Shown here: positions 37,901-46,481 of the stretch, piece by piece
Position numbering within the stretch: the first letter of the stretch is position 1
Layout: every line of letters starts with the position of its first letter
Sequence record: PV340851.1
DNA: 64,000 nt
Direction: 5' to 3' (one strand)
The notes under the pieces: model-generated
The model's database searches: none
Seen by the model: the letters and a program-made list of their open reading frames with translations, nothing else
What the model was told of the DNA's origin: nothing
Translations under genes and position numbers: made by a program

Positions 37901-40900
37901 TCAACTGGTATCGTTACTTTCACCTTGGCGAGTCATGGATTTGCTAACGGCGACTATATCAAGGTCGATGATGGTTCTCTAACCTACACATGTGCTCTGG
38001 ATGGCAATACTGTTCAGAAGTCTTACCCCCGTGCTGGATATGATTATCCATCTGGTCGCTGGTTGCAGATTTCTGGTGTAACAACCAACCAGTTTAAGAT
38101 CAACGTTGGTCCTTCTTCCTATACAGGCACTCATCTATTCGTCTCTGCTGCTGCAGACGCGATCAAACGTCAAGATGGTACATTCACCCTCAACGTTGGT
38201 ACATCGTCCGATACAAGCGCACATACCTTTGTTAGCGCAACTACGGATGCTGTGAGACATGAACCACAATCTGCTCATACATTCATCTCTGCAACGACAG
38301 ATGCAGTTAAGCATCTTCCACAGTCTGCTCATACATTCGTAAGAGCATCTCAAAATGCAATTGAAGTATATCCCCCAGGATCTGCTCCTCTGTGTGCTAG
38401 CGTCGCTTCTACGATTGCTACATCGATGAATCTGTTTGAATCTATCCTTGATGGTACTATTCAAGCAGGTGCAACTACCGTAACATATGGTACTTTGTAT
38501 GATACGTCGAATGTTATCACATATCCTGATTCTTACATCACTGATCAAAATGATGTAAGGATGGCAATCCGTGCTGATTACGATGACTATCCAATTATTG
38601 AGGCATCTCCATATACACAGAACGCATCTGTTATCTCCTTCCTAGGTGGTGGCGGTGCTGAAGTTGATGGTGACAAAGTTAAGCAACCTAACTGTCCTTT
38701 CCCTGGTCTTGAGATCGACGGAACGGCATCCTTCCCCAACCAGGGTAAGTCGATGGTTGCTGCAGCATTCACGATCGTCTCCTTCGGTGGTACAGGTTAC
38801 AAGATCGTCAACGATGGTTACACCCAGTTGGTTTCGGTCTTCGTTATCTTCTGTGCTGACGGTGTACTTTCTGAGTCTGGTGGTTATGCATCTATCACCA
38901 ACTCTGCTACCAACTTCGGTATCTATGCTCTGAGAGCAACTGGTTTCCGCAGAGATCCATACGTCTTTGACGCAGGTTACTTTGCTGGTTCTACATACGT
39001 TCGTGCAACAATCACTAACGTATCTCAGACACCTACAGGTAGAACAATCTTTACGATTGAGAACCTAGGTCGTGAACCACTGGAGCACTACATCCTCAAG
39101 ATTGATGGTCATACTAACTCCGATCCTGATACAGAATACTTCATTGATGAAGTTACTCAGGTCGGTGCTGGTCCACCATTTACCGCTACATGTATCTTTG
39201 ATGATGGTTCTGGTGGATCTGTCAGTGTCATTGATGACAGCAATGGACAAGCAGTTACACCTGCAAACCTAGATGGTGCATATGTTGGTCTACATAGACC
39301 TTCTATTGTTAACTCCTCCTCCCACACCTGGGAATTCGCAGGTTCGGGTACTAACTACCTAGCACTACCCGAGAACGGTGGTACTAAGGTTGAAGCAAAC
39401 GAACAGTTCAACGAAAACTACGGTCGTGTATACGTCTCTGGTACTGACGAACTGGGTGACTTCAAGGTTGGTACGTTCGCTAAGATCGAAAACAGAACTG
39501 GTGCTATTACCTTCACGGGTACGGTTACCATCTCGGAAGTTGAATTCTTGAAACTGAAAGGTGGCGACGTTGTTGTCACAGGTTTCGATGACTCTAACAC
39601 ACTGGGTGGTGCTAACTCTAGTAACAGTAAGATCCCAACTCAGAAGGCAGTTAGAGACTTCATCACCAACAACCTTGGTGCATACATCCAGAAGGAATAC
39701 TCAACCAACTCTGTTCCTAGAGCACTGGTCGAACTGACTGATTCTGGTAAGATCTCTCTCGATCAGATCCCTGCTCTGCGTCCTTTCCAGGTCTTTACAA
39801 TTCCCGATCAAGCAGCAAGACTTTCTATCGAAGGCGCACTCGCTGGTGACATCGCGATCCAACAGGACAATAACACTTCCTTCATTCTGAATAACGATAA
39901 CGGTAGTCAGTTCTTGGCATTCACCGTTGATCCAAGTCTGTCGTTCACCCTGAACGATATCTTCGAGGGTAGCGTATCTGGTGGTCAGATTCAGGCAACT
40001 GAGTACAGACAAGGTGTTCTCTATCAGATCAATATCACCGAAGCAGGTAGTGGTTATACACAACCTCCTGTTGTCACCATCTCTGGTGGTTCTCCACAGG
40101 CAGGTGCTGTTGCTGCAGTTGCAACTTGTACTATTGCTAATGGTCAAGTTGTTACGATTACCATCGAGGAACAAAACAGTTATGTTGGTGGTAAAGGTTA
40201 CACCGTTCAACCTGTTATCAACATTGCAGCGCCTCCAGGTGGTGGTACTCAAGCAGAAGCACTGGGTCTCATCGAAAGCAGACTTTATGGTAACATCGTC
40301 AACAACATCAAGATTGTTGATACTGATACATTCCAATCCAGTGATGTTCCTGCTGAGACAATCAATATTACTAGAGCGATTAACACCTCTTCCTCTAACG
40401 CTAATAATTGGGTATCCCTATCCACTACAACTGTTGATGCTAGAGACATTACTGGTGGTCCTATCGCGACTGACCTGCTGTCTACTAACTCCACAGCAGC
40501 AAACTCTAACACCTTCCTGAGAGGTGACCAATCTTATGCACTGGCAGTTCAGTCCCTGAAGGGTCCTGAAGAAAGATACTTTGCAAAACTGAGTGTTCCT
40601 GCTCAGTCTGGTGGTATCACAATGATCTTCGCTAGCAACCAGAACGCACTGAAAGGTCATATTATCAGAAACACTGTCACGGGTGTTCAGGAAGATACAA
40701 TTATTACCTCTGTTATCACAGAGAACAACTTGACTACGATTTCTTTCTCTCAAGAGAAAGCACTCACAGCAACCATTCCTACTGGAACTATTATCGAGTT
40801 CCAGAGACCACCTTCACCAATTAAATTTGACTCTACGTTTACCCAAGGTAACTTCGTTGAGGAAGTCATTATTGCTAACGGTGGTAGTGGATTTACCAAC

Positions 40901-43684
40901 GGTACATACTACAACCAAACTGTAACTGGTGGTAGTGGTACAGGATTCAAGGTAACATACATTGTTGCAAACAACAGCATCACTGAGGTCATTATTACCA
41001 CTGGTGGTGCTGGTTACACAACTGATTTCCAGGTCAACACTGCTCCGACTGAACTTGGTAGTGGTACTGGACTAGACCTCAGATGTAAGATCTCTACCAT
41101 CAACAGACAGTATGCAAACGTTACTGTTGATATCGACAGAGTTGTCTCTGCATCTCTCGACCCTGAGTATGGTACTACTGGTGTTGCTAGATTTGATAAG
41201 AATCAGTTCTTCATCGGTGATGCAGGTGACGGTTCTATCAGACTGAAGACCGCATCTAACAGCATCGACTCTGGTCTTGATGCTGACCTTCTGGATGGCA
41301 AGCAAGGTTCCTTCTACCAGAACGCTGGTAGTTTGTCTGCTGGTACACTGGACTCCGACAGATTGTCTGGTACATACAACATTGACATCTCTGGTCAGTC
41401 CCAGAAATGTATCAGATTGCTCACTGGTACTAACAACCCATCCTCTAACCCATCACCAAACACCTTCTCCGAAGGTATTATTTGTAACACCAAGAACAAC
41501 AATGCTGACCAGCTCCTAGACGGCGGCACCAAGCACATGGTGATGACGCTAAGACCTGGACCTGATGCTACCTTCGGTGGTATCAGACAGTTGGCATTTA
41601 CCGACAACGACAACATGTGGTTGCGTGGTTCTGGTACTGGTGTTACTACATTCGGTACATGGGCACAGATCTGGACATCCGAGAACGATGGTATTGACAC
41701 TGGACTAGATGCTGACAAACTGGATAACAGAGAAGGCACTTGGTATCAGAATGCTCTAAACATCAACTTCGGTACTATCTCTGCTAACAGACTGCCATCC
41801 TTCATGAAGGCATCTGGTTTCAGAAACACACTGAAGGTTAAGACATTCAACGGTGATCCTAAGTACAGAATCTATGTTTCTGGTAAGGTTCTAACTGCGT
41901 TCCCTGCTCCTAACCCATTCACTCCTGGTAACACTGTCAACCTGTACAACGCACAGTCTCAGGCAACAGGTACGATTGAGATCGATAATATCATTACAAA
42001 TGATGATCTAAATGATGACAGAAATGACTACTCGATTCTCATTGGTAGACTGACTAATGGTAACTTCCAGAACGCTGTTACGATTGGTACTGCTGCTCTA
42101 CCTGTTATCTTCCATGACTTTACTATTGAGGATGACAACGTTATCGATATCGTCACGATGGAAAGTGATGGTGGCACCGCTAACATTAAACTTGGTAGAA
42201 AGGACGGTGTAGCATCCAACCCTGGTATCTACTTCAGTTCTTCTCAGTTGGTTGCTAACTACAACTCTTCGATTGTTGCAACTGGTGGTAACGCAACTGA
42301 TGGTTCTGGTACACTGAACGCACAAGTTGCTGATGCTAATGGATTTAGCGTCAATGGCAACATCGTCTGGAACGAAGGTAACGTTCAGTTCAACTCTACT
42401 AACGTCCTGGGTACTGCAGTCATTCGTGACGCTACTGGATCTTTTGAAGCACATCGCATTACATTGGTTGCAGATGTTAACGGCATCGAAGGTGAACTGA
42501 TTGGTAAGGCATCTAAGAACGTACTGAAAGAAGGCGATACCATGACTGGTACGCTGAACATCAGTGGTGCTCAATCTAACTTCTCTGTACAAGGAACCTC
42601 TGGTTTCACAGGTAACGTCGTAATGTCGAATGACCTGACAGTTGCAACTGACGTTCTATTCGTTGATGCTTCTGACGAAGAGGTTGGCATCGGCACCACA
42701 AATCCACTGGACAAACTGTCCGTGATCGGAGGTGCATTTGTTATTAACTCTGGCAATTCTGGTAACAGCATCTCGACACCAAATGCACTAGGCATCACAT
42801 ATGATTCCAGTGCTGCTCGCGGTCACATTATCGTTGATCATCAATCTGCTTCTACATCTCTTGACTTCGAGACCTCTAATAGTGGTACTCTAAGTTCCAA
42901 GATGAGATTGGATAATGTTGGTCATGTCTTCCCATTATCTTCTACACAGGATCTTGGTAAGGATAGCACCAACGAAAGATGGAGAAATCTATACGCGAAG
43001 AACGTATATGCCGACGAGAAACTAACTATTGAAGATGCAGCATCTAATGCTGGTGCTCCTGCATACTTCCTAGGTGCATCTGGTTTCCGTAACTTCCGTC
43101 TTGGTAACCAACTGCTTGCAGATGACACATTTGAAATTACAGCAAGCACTGCAAATGGTGGTCAGGTCTGGGGTTCTACTCCTGCTCTGTTTATCCAAGG
43201 TGCTACAAACAGAATTGCAATAAATACTACTAACTTCAGTGGTACTGATACATCTGGCGCATCTCCAGTTGTTAGAGATTATCAACTGAACATCGAAGGT
43301 GACCTTAACTTCAACGGTCAACTCTTCCAGAACAACGAAGAATTCGTTACTTCTAGATGGACACTGAACAAGACTACCAACAATATCTGGAGAATTTCTA
43401 GAGTTGGTATTAACCAGGCAAACCCAGATTATCAACTGGATGTCAACGGCAGTCTCAATGTTCGTGGTTCTACATTCGTTTCTGGATCTAACACTGACGT
43501 AATAAGTGTTAACGGTGATGTCCAATATGTTGATTCCTACGGCGTCTTCAAGACAAATCGCAACACAGTTAACGAAAACGTTACTATTCCTGCTGCTACA
43601 AACGCAGTAAGCGCAGGTCCTTTGACTATAAATAATGGTGTAACAATTACCATTGCAAACGGTAGCTCCTGGAGTGTCGTATAA
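31979..43684 (+). CDS. Giant tail fibre/tailspike-like protein (3901 aa)
   Basis: Split beta-helix (YVSSQIGNDLNDGRSAVNP...; SPYTQNAS...), about 10 YD..TG..HG..FTC..DG..YPR repeats, DADLLDG/DADKLDN motifs, and a C-terminal NENVTIP...SAGPLTINNGVTITI..GSSWSVV typical of marine phage fibres. Confidence 0.85.
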   Translation: MSFNINSDKEFISGSKPQFIGTTQFSIRAGGGVDEKEVVRALLDSEEKLPRVGINRTGQRVNNINVLTSGSGYTTEPTVTVSPPPDSPTAVQALASAFIFNGRVVSIAINNPGAGYSTAPTVTITGGNGGGCSAVAELDTVDYELDINGAIRTSTSIISDTARILNLDIDNFVTPDLNLRGPNLKTYVNNSGTIWVANTIVQENSYRYFGANVYQALNAGQTGPAAPEHLDGIVLNGEVNFKHIGFRVNDENAFKYGETGEAGIYPRSITPLLGDRSDKIATTEYVLNLATNDVGGRIYVSSQIGNDLNDGRSAVNPVRSVKKAAQLAWATPGVKETIIISGGDYVEDNPISLPPDASVVGDNLRLVIIRPNNPGKHIFKFGDKNYVTGVTYRDKIDANGDAIATWDFAMVFDDKQRIIVDSEVNGDFGVNFPIGHQVFGPDKFRINGFQNNTGLSALVSGLEAVGVNTGARGIISNVIFTETSGNNAYQNGSLDIVITSGSFLEGEGFRYIISGNVGSSVGSSTGTVGINQIAITSDPTPLGLIVSSYIYLDGVSNSQVSTGFYEIIQIDDDNAPTQWELTLAPILNATGWRETESGTINISSASITEGQFDSTKINSIRAEGEVVFEDADFDTSLPIIRMDFSKQGDPSIAQDGFQSDIFGNAEDPGGVILYTSALAGRQNFHDFKEGQEILIEGLPTVSPDLSFMNGRQRIYKVLEDADGRARRFVIPKKVPASLGLNANDNFDPGQFATVKSASRSVTFSLLNSPNKFPLSQPVDRRFQDACTFIRNNRDFIADEVVGRINREFAQDYHSVYEIGGQSSASYTATDATYDPSTGEFEITIPTHGLSVGEGIRIADDSFVFTCAMDGNKTEHALPEAGQYASGKSLPIISTTTNTVTVNVGASGPNEFFTPSNATYDPTLGTLQLIIGAHTLSPGEGVVIDDNSLSFKCAMDGYDSTKTYPRPNIDPFAGRSIPIQSVTADSITLQVGISRENFSLTPTTGTTYDAATGDLVMNVGQHGLGVGRNVVLNDNSFTFTCDIDGNVSQHTYPRPGTDPYAGKSIEITNVGFTEHTPTNVSYNAATGVVEFTINSHGFNNGDYIMVADGSLVFTCDLDGNVAQKAYPRAGYDLPSNRWMEVSIVSGDVFSINVGPSSYTGTHTWISAASNAIKRQDGYLTINVGNAGSAAGSNHTFVAATSGAVKHEPRSNHLFQGATTNAVRHLPQSAHTYVRSTSGGITTGGSSFKIYLGQTEHEHTYVSGGTVTFGGSDYTMTNFEYDALVSGVATVTTTNSIPGLAEDDIVKLADILISCEAGQKVYPSYSSPTSGGNALVSNGDEQCKQDLVHFMNAVIRDLEYGTNHNVIDAANKYIVNEKITYIEDEIVQNMRAIEYARQLLIFAVCNWRTEDRTPGDPIYVPQYSSLPRYFDDTVITATAGTPACANVVSAIDVLSFLWVDVITNNASGTLLDAAYLIMRNADLIADQALIDTKQQYPTLNLSDIMERKCKRDIKIVLEGLAKDLCLGGNSGIVAVAESYFSGTALTAISEAQRQETIYAYQRVQQHAIAAMRNWTGGNVIDLTPSSAQYNSTTGQLTVTFPDPLLPITTNDRIAFKEEALTFNCSFGSGGDHANPRPGDANYGKSQAITGVTSSGGATTVTTNVGDAGAAAGLVHTLTAALTDGTIIIYDPIETTSAIPQYEDWNILIDVNGTASSIQVTPTGATYNPANGVFVVTANGHGASVGDQVAFDAESFVFTCAMDGNKTEHALPGPGQPAYNNLITIDAADANTFTLNVGASGPDVQFTPTGITYDPATGDMVMEIGPHSLSVGEGIVIDDNSLTFTCAMDDNQSQKTYPRPGIDPFAGRSMLITSTSATTITVDAGKSGPNKYFTPTNATYNPSTGDMVLTVGQHGLGVGRNVTLANNSFTFTCAADGNATQHTYPRSGQDPFADNKSIAITAVGTTSHTPTNAAYDASTGIVTFTLASHGFANGDYIKVDDGSLTYTCALDGNTVQKSYPRAGYDYPSGRWLQISGVTTNQFKINVGPSSYTGTHLFVSAAADAIKRQDGTFTLNVGTSSDTSAHTFVSATTDAVRHEPQSAHTFISATTDAVKHLPQSAHTFVRASQNAIEVYPPGSAPLCASVASTIATSMNLFESILDGTIQAGATTVTYGTLYDTSNVITYPDSYITDQNDVRMAIRADYDDYPIIEASPYTQNASVISFLGGGGAEVDGDKVKQPNCPFPGLEIDGTASFPNQGKSMVAAAFTIVSFGGTGYKIVNDGYTQLVSVFVIFCADGVLSESGGYASITNSATNFGIYALRATGFRRDPYVFDAGYFAGSTYVRATITNVSQTPTGRTIFTIENLGREPLEHYILKIDGHTNSDPDTEYFIDEVTQVGAGPPFTATCIFDDGSGGSVSVIDDSNGQAVTPANLDGAYVGLHRPSIVNSSSHTWEFAGSGTNYLALPENGGTKVEANEQFNENYGRVYVSGTDELGDFKVGTFAKIENRTGAITFTGTVTISEVEFLKLKGGDVVVTGFDDSNTLGGANSSNSKIPTQKAVRDFITNNLGAYIQKEYSTNSVPRALVELTDSGKISLDQIPALRPFQVFTIPDQAARLSIEGALAGDIAIQQDNNTSFILNNDNGSQFLAFTVDPSLSFTLNDIFEGSVSGGQIQATEYRQGVLYQINITEAGSGYTQPPVVTISGGSPQAGAVAAVATCTIANGQVVTITIEEQNSYVGGKGYTVQPVINIAAPPGGGTQAEALGLIESRLYGNIVNNIKIVDTDTFQSSDVPAETINITRAINTSSSNANNWVSLSTTTVDARDITGGPIATDLLSTNSTAANSNTFLRGDQSYALAVQSLKGPEERYFAKLSVPAQSGGITMIFASNQNALKGHIIRNTVTGVQEDTIITSVITENNLTTISFSQEKALTATIPTGTIIEFQRPPSPIKFDSTFTQGNFVEEVIIANGGSGFTNGTYYNQTVTGGSGTGFKVTYIVANNSITEVIITTGGAGYTTDFQVNTAPTELGSGTGLDLRCKISTINRQYANVTVDIDRVVSASLDPEYGTTGVARFDKNQFFIGDAGDGSIRLKTASNSIDSGLDADLLDGKQGSFYQNAGSLSAGTLDSDRLSGTYNIDISGQSQKCIRLLTGTNNPSSNPSPNTFSEGIICNTKNNNADQLLDGGTKHMVMTLRPGPDATFGGIRQLAFTDNDNMWLRGSGTGVTTFGTWAQIWTSENDGIDTGLDADKLDNREGTWYQNALNINFGTISANRLPSFMKASGFRNTLKVKTFNGDPKYRIYVSGKVLTAFPAPNPFTPGNTVNLYNAQSQATGTIEIDNIITNDDLNDDRNDYSILIGRLTNGNFQNAVTIGTAALPVIFHDFTIEDDNVIDIVTMESDGGTANIKLGRKDGVASNPGIYFSSSQLVANYNSSIVATGGNATDGSGTLNAQVADANGFSVNGNIVWNEGNVQFNSTNVLGTAVIRDATGSFEAHRITLVADVNGIEGELIGKASKNVLKEGDTMTGTLNISGAQSNFSVQGTSGFTGNVVMSNDLTVATDVLFVDASDEEVGIGTTNPLDKLSVIGGAFVINSGNSGNSISTPNALGITYDSSAARGHIIVDHQSASTSLDFETSNSGTLSSKMRLDNVGHVFPLSSTQDLGKDSTNERWRNLYAKNVYADEKLTIEDAASNAGAPAYFLGASGFRNFRLGNQLLADDTFEITASTANGGQVWGSTPALFIQGATNRIAINTTNFSGTDTSGASPVVRDYQLNIEGDLNFNGQLFQNNEEFVTSRWTLNKTTNNIWRISRVGINQANPDYQLDVNGSLNVRGSTFVSGSNTDVISVNGDVQYVDSYGVFKTNRNTVNENVTIPAATNAVSAGPLTINNGVTITIANGSSWSVV
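34445..38368 (+). repeat. Duplicated block of nested about 85-aa repeats (copy A about 34445-35767, copy B about 37121-38368)
   Basis: Four repeats followed by four HT[FY]V.A...A[VI] closing strands occur twice; a perfect 41-nt repeat lies at 34559-34599 and 37232-37272. Confidence 0.85.
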
Positions 43685-44434
43685 ATGAGTAGCATATTTG
43701 TCAATACCCTCAAGTCTACGACAGGGAATACTATCCTGATCCCCGCAGGTCATTCCTTGTCACTGGATGGTACTGTCGTAACTAATAATTCTCTAGTTCC
43801 TAACCCAAATGGACAAGACGGGAAGATTCTTAGGTCCGATGGTTCATCACTAGGATGGGGAACCTCTGGTGCTAAGAATATTATTCAGTATACATCATCT
43901 GGAACTTACTTCCCATCTACAGGAACAAGACTTATTCATGTTAGAGTTGTTGGTTGTGGTGGTGGAGGTTCTGGTTATGCAGAATCTGGTGGTTCTGGTG
44001 GATATGCTGAAGGTTTCTTTAGTATGGTCGGAGTATCATCTGTTGCTATTACAGTAGGGAATGGTGGCACTGCCACATATTATTCTGGTGGTGCTGGAAC
44101 TGGTGGTTCGGTTTCCTTTGGTTCGTATATAACATGTAACGGAGGAACTGGTGCAAATAGTGCTCACCAACACTGTGGTGGTCTTGGTGGATCTTCTTCT
44201 GGTGGTACTATTAACCTCTATGGAGGAGGCGGAACTGGTCATGGTTACAATGGTAGAGGAGGTCAAAACTTCTTTGGAGGTTGTGGTACATCAGGTCACC
44301 CACAAGGCGGCGCATATGCAAACAACCATAGATCACACTCTGTTCCAGGAACAGGTGGTGTAAATGGATGGGCAAGAAGAGACCCAGGAAACGTTGGTAT
44401 TGAAGGTCAAGTAGTTATTTGGGAATATAGCTGA
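43685..44434 (+). CDS. Glycine-rich fibre-tip/adhesin-like protein, paralogue 1 (249 aa)
   Basis: MS.I.VN...S..G..I.IP.G N-terminus, VVG.GGGG, TYYSGGAG, HQHCGGL, GHPQ; directly after the fibre gene. Confidence 0.8.
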   Translation: MSSIFVNTLKSTTGNTILIPAGHSLSLDGTVVTNNSLVPNPNGQDGKILRSDGSSLGWGTSGAKNIIQYTSSGTYFPSTGTRLIHVRVVGCGGGGSGYAESGGSGGYAEGFFSMVGVSSVAITVGNGGTATYYSGGAGTGGSVSFGSYITCNGGTGANSAHQHCGGLGGSSSGGTINLYGGGGTGHGYNGRGGQNFFGGCGTSGHPQGGAYANNHRSHSVPGTGGVNGWARRDPGNVGIEGQVVIWEYS

Positions 44435-45207
44435 TGTCAATTTTAAGAGTAAACGAAATCAGATCACAATCTGGTAGTACAATCAGTGTCCCTAGTGGTT
44501 ATGAACTATCTTTGGATGGACTGATCGTTAATTCAAATTCTATTCCACCAGACCCATCTGGTCAGTCAGGTAAATTCTTACAAGCAACTAGCCAGCTTGG
44601 CGGTGGCGGATCTACTAGCTGGGTCAATGTGGGTCCAGATTCTATTAGAGTTTTTACATCAAATACCACATGGACAAAACCAGCTGGTATCACCAAAGTT
44701 CTTGTTAAGGTAGTTGGTGGTGGTGGTGCTGGTTCTGGTGTTGGTGAAAACGGTGGTGCTGGAGGTTATGCAGAAAAACTTATTGATGTCACCAGTGTAA
44801 CCTCAGTAAACGTTAATGTTGGTCAAGGATCTACATCTTCCACATATTATTCTGGTGCTGCTGGCGGTGGTTCAGCATCCTCATTCGGAAATTACATTAC
44901 TTGCACTGGGGGCAACGGCGGAAATCAAAGTCACCAGCATTGTGGTGGACTTCCTGGTAGTGGTTCTGGTGGCGACTTTAATATGTACGGCGGTGGAGGT
45001 TCTGGTCACATGTATTGGTCTGGTCCTCCAGGTGGCGGTTCTTATTGGGGCGGAGCAGGTGCTACAGGTCACCCACAAGGTGGTGACTATGCTCACCAAC
45101 ATAGTTCACATGCTCCTCCAGGAGCAGGCGGTCCCGCTGGATACCATACTTCCAGACTTGGGGCAAATGGTAGAGATGGTATGGTTGTAATTTACGAATT
45201 TAGATAA
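44434..45207 (+). CDS. Glycine-rich fibre-tip/adhesin-like protein, paralogue 2 (257 aa)
   Basis: Same motif set as paralogue 1; TGATG overlap. Confidence 0.8.
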   Translation: MSILRVNEIRSQSGSTISVPSGYELSLDGLIVNSNSIPPDPSGQSGKFLQATSQLGGGGSTSWVNVGPDSIRVFTSNTTWTKPAGITKVLVKVVGGGGAGSGVGENGGAGGYAEKLIDVTSVTSVNVNVGQGSTSSTYYSGAAGGGSASSFGNYITCTGGNGGNQSHQHCGGLPGSGSGGDFNMYGGGGSGHMYWSGPPGGGSYWGGAGATGHPQGGDYAHQHSSHAPPGAGGPAGYHTSRLGANGRDGMVVIYEFR

Positions 45208-45975
45208 ATGTCAACACTCAATGTAAACAGAATCGAGTCTTCTGATGGTACTAGTATTCTAATTCCAGCTGGATATTCTATCAGTGTTGATGGCACTGTG
45301 ATGAATAAAGATACTCTACCCCCAAGTCCATCTGGACATGAGGGTGAGTTTTTGTACAGTGATGGAACATCTTTGTCTTGGTCTGTTGCTGGTCCTAAGA
45401 GTATGCAGCAGTTTTCAGGAAGTGGCACCTGGATTAAACCAGCTGGCATCACTAAAGTTCTTGTAATGGTACAAGGAGGTGGTGGTGCTGGTTCTGGTCA
45501 TGCTGAATCTGGTGGTGCTGGAGGATATTCAGAAAAACTCATTGATGTCACCAGTGTATCTTCTGTTCAAGTAACTGTCGGTAATGGTTCTACATCTTGG
45601 ACATATTATTCTGGTGGTGCAGGTGACGGAGGAACTACATCGTTTGGTAGTTTCTGTTCTGCAAGTGGTGGTAAAGGTGCAAACACTACACACCAGCATT
45701 GTGGTGGACTTCCAGGTGTAGGATCTGGCGGAGATATAAATATCTATGGTGGTGGCGGCACAGGTCATATGTCATGGGCATGTGCGAAAGGTGGTAGTTC
45801 TTTCTTTGGTGGTGCTGGTGTATCTGGTCACCCACAAAACCAATCTAACCACATTCAGAACAATGACGACAAAGCAGGTTATGGTGCTGGCGGAACGGGT
45901 GGATATACTACATATCAAAACTCTAACGCTGGTAGAGGTAAAGGTGGCGTCGTAATTGTCTACGAATATACTTGA
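45208..45975 (+). CDS. Glycine-rich fibre-tip/adhesin-like protein, paralogue 3 (255 aa)
   Basis: Same motif set; shares a 23-nt identical tract with paralogue 2 (44932-44954 and 45691-45713). Confidence 0.8.
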   Translation: MSTLNVNRIESSDGTSILIPAGYSISVDGTVMNKDTLPPSPSGHEGEFLYSDGTSLSWSVAGPKSMQQFSGSGTWIKPAGITKVLVMVQGGGGAGSGHAESGGAGGYSEKLIDVTSVSSVQVTVGNGSTSWTYYSGGAGDGGTTSFGSFCSASGGKGANTTHQHCGGLPGVGSGGDINIYGGGGTGHMSWACAKGGSSFFGGAGVSGHPQNQSNHIQNNDDKAGYGAGGTGGYTTYQNSNAGRGKGGVVIVYEYT

Positions 45976-45981
45976 TAAATA
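45974..45981 (+). promoter_or_regulatory. Late promoter (GATAAATA) heading the halogenase/oxygenase unit
   Basis: Overlaps the paralogue-3 stop, 25 nt before ORF 46006. Confidence 0.75.
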
Positions 45982-46005
45982 ATAACACAGGAATTCACGA
46001 ACACA

Positions 46006-46476
46006 ATGAAAAGCGTACTAATTGACATTAGAGGTCATATCACTGACATTGTAGAACCAGGCGAAGAATTCGCTGTCTATAATGGTCCAGATGCACAATG
46101 CAAATGGGTGACTTGTCACGTTGATGAAGTTCAATCCAATTGGATACTGAGTCAAAAGACTTGGGTGGCACCTGATAAGCGTTACGAAAACGGTCAGGAC
46201 ATCAAACGTCAGATTGCATATGGTGAGATCGGAGAGCAATTGGATATGCTCTACAAAGATCAACTTAATGGCACCACAAATTGGCGCGATCATATTACTA
46301 ATGTGAAGACAACTATCGAGTCTTCTTCTACATGGGAAGCAAATCCTGCAAACAAAGAAGGTAAAACAAAGATCGTTCTACATACTGATACCAACCCTTC
46401 ATGGTTGCATCTTCCCGAGGGAGAAAATATTATCGAAAATATTCCAACTGGTATCGTATACGCGACTGAAGAATAA
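46006..46476 (+). CDS. Tail-fibre-associated protein (156 aa), possible assembly chaperone
   Basis: AYG.IGEQLDMLYKD...GT..W..HI..VK motif is common in proteins encoded next to marine phage fibres. Confidence 0.65.
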   Translation: MKSVLIDIRGHITDIVEPGEEFAVYNGPDAQCKWVTCHVDEVQSNWILSQKTWVAPDKRYENGQDIKRQIAYGEIGEQLDMLYKDQLNGTTNWRDHITNVKTTIESSSTWEANPANKEGKTKIVLHTDTNPSWLHLPEGENIIENIPTGIVYATEE

Positions 46477-46481
46477 TTGTT

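Noticed and set aside
8048-43753. Long minus-strand ORFs opposite structural genes (e.g. 8048-8761, 17500-17979, 39701-40336, 43070-43753)
   Set aside because: All are antisense to well-supported genes, lack recognisable motifs or promoters, and are expected from codon bias.
43685-45975. Diversity-generating retroelement or collagen-like interpretation of the Gly-rich triplet
   Set aside because: No reverse transcriptase in the window, differences between copies are not adenine-specific, and there is no Gly-X-Y periodicity.
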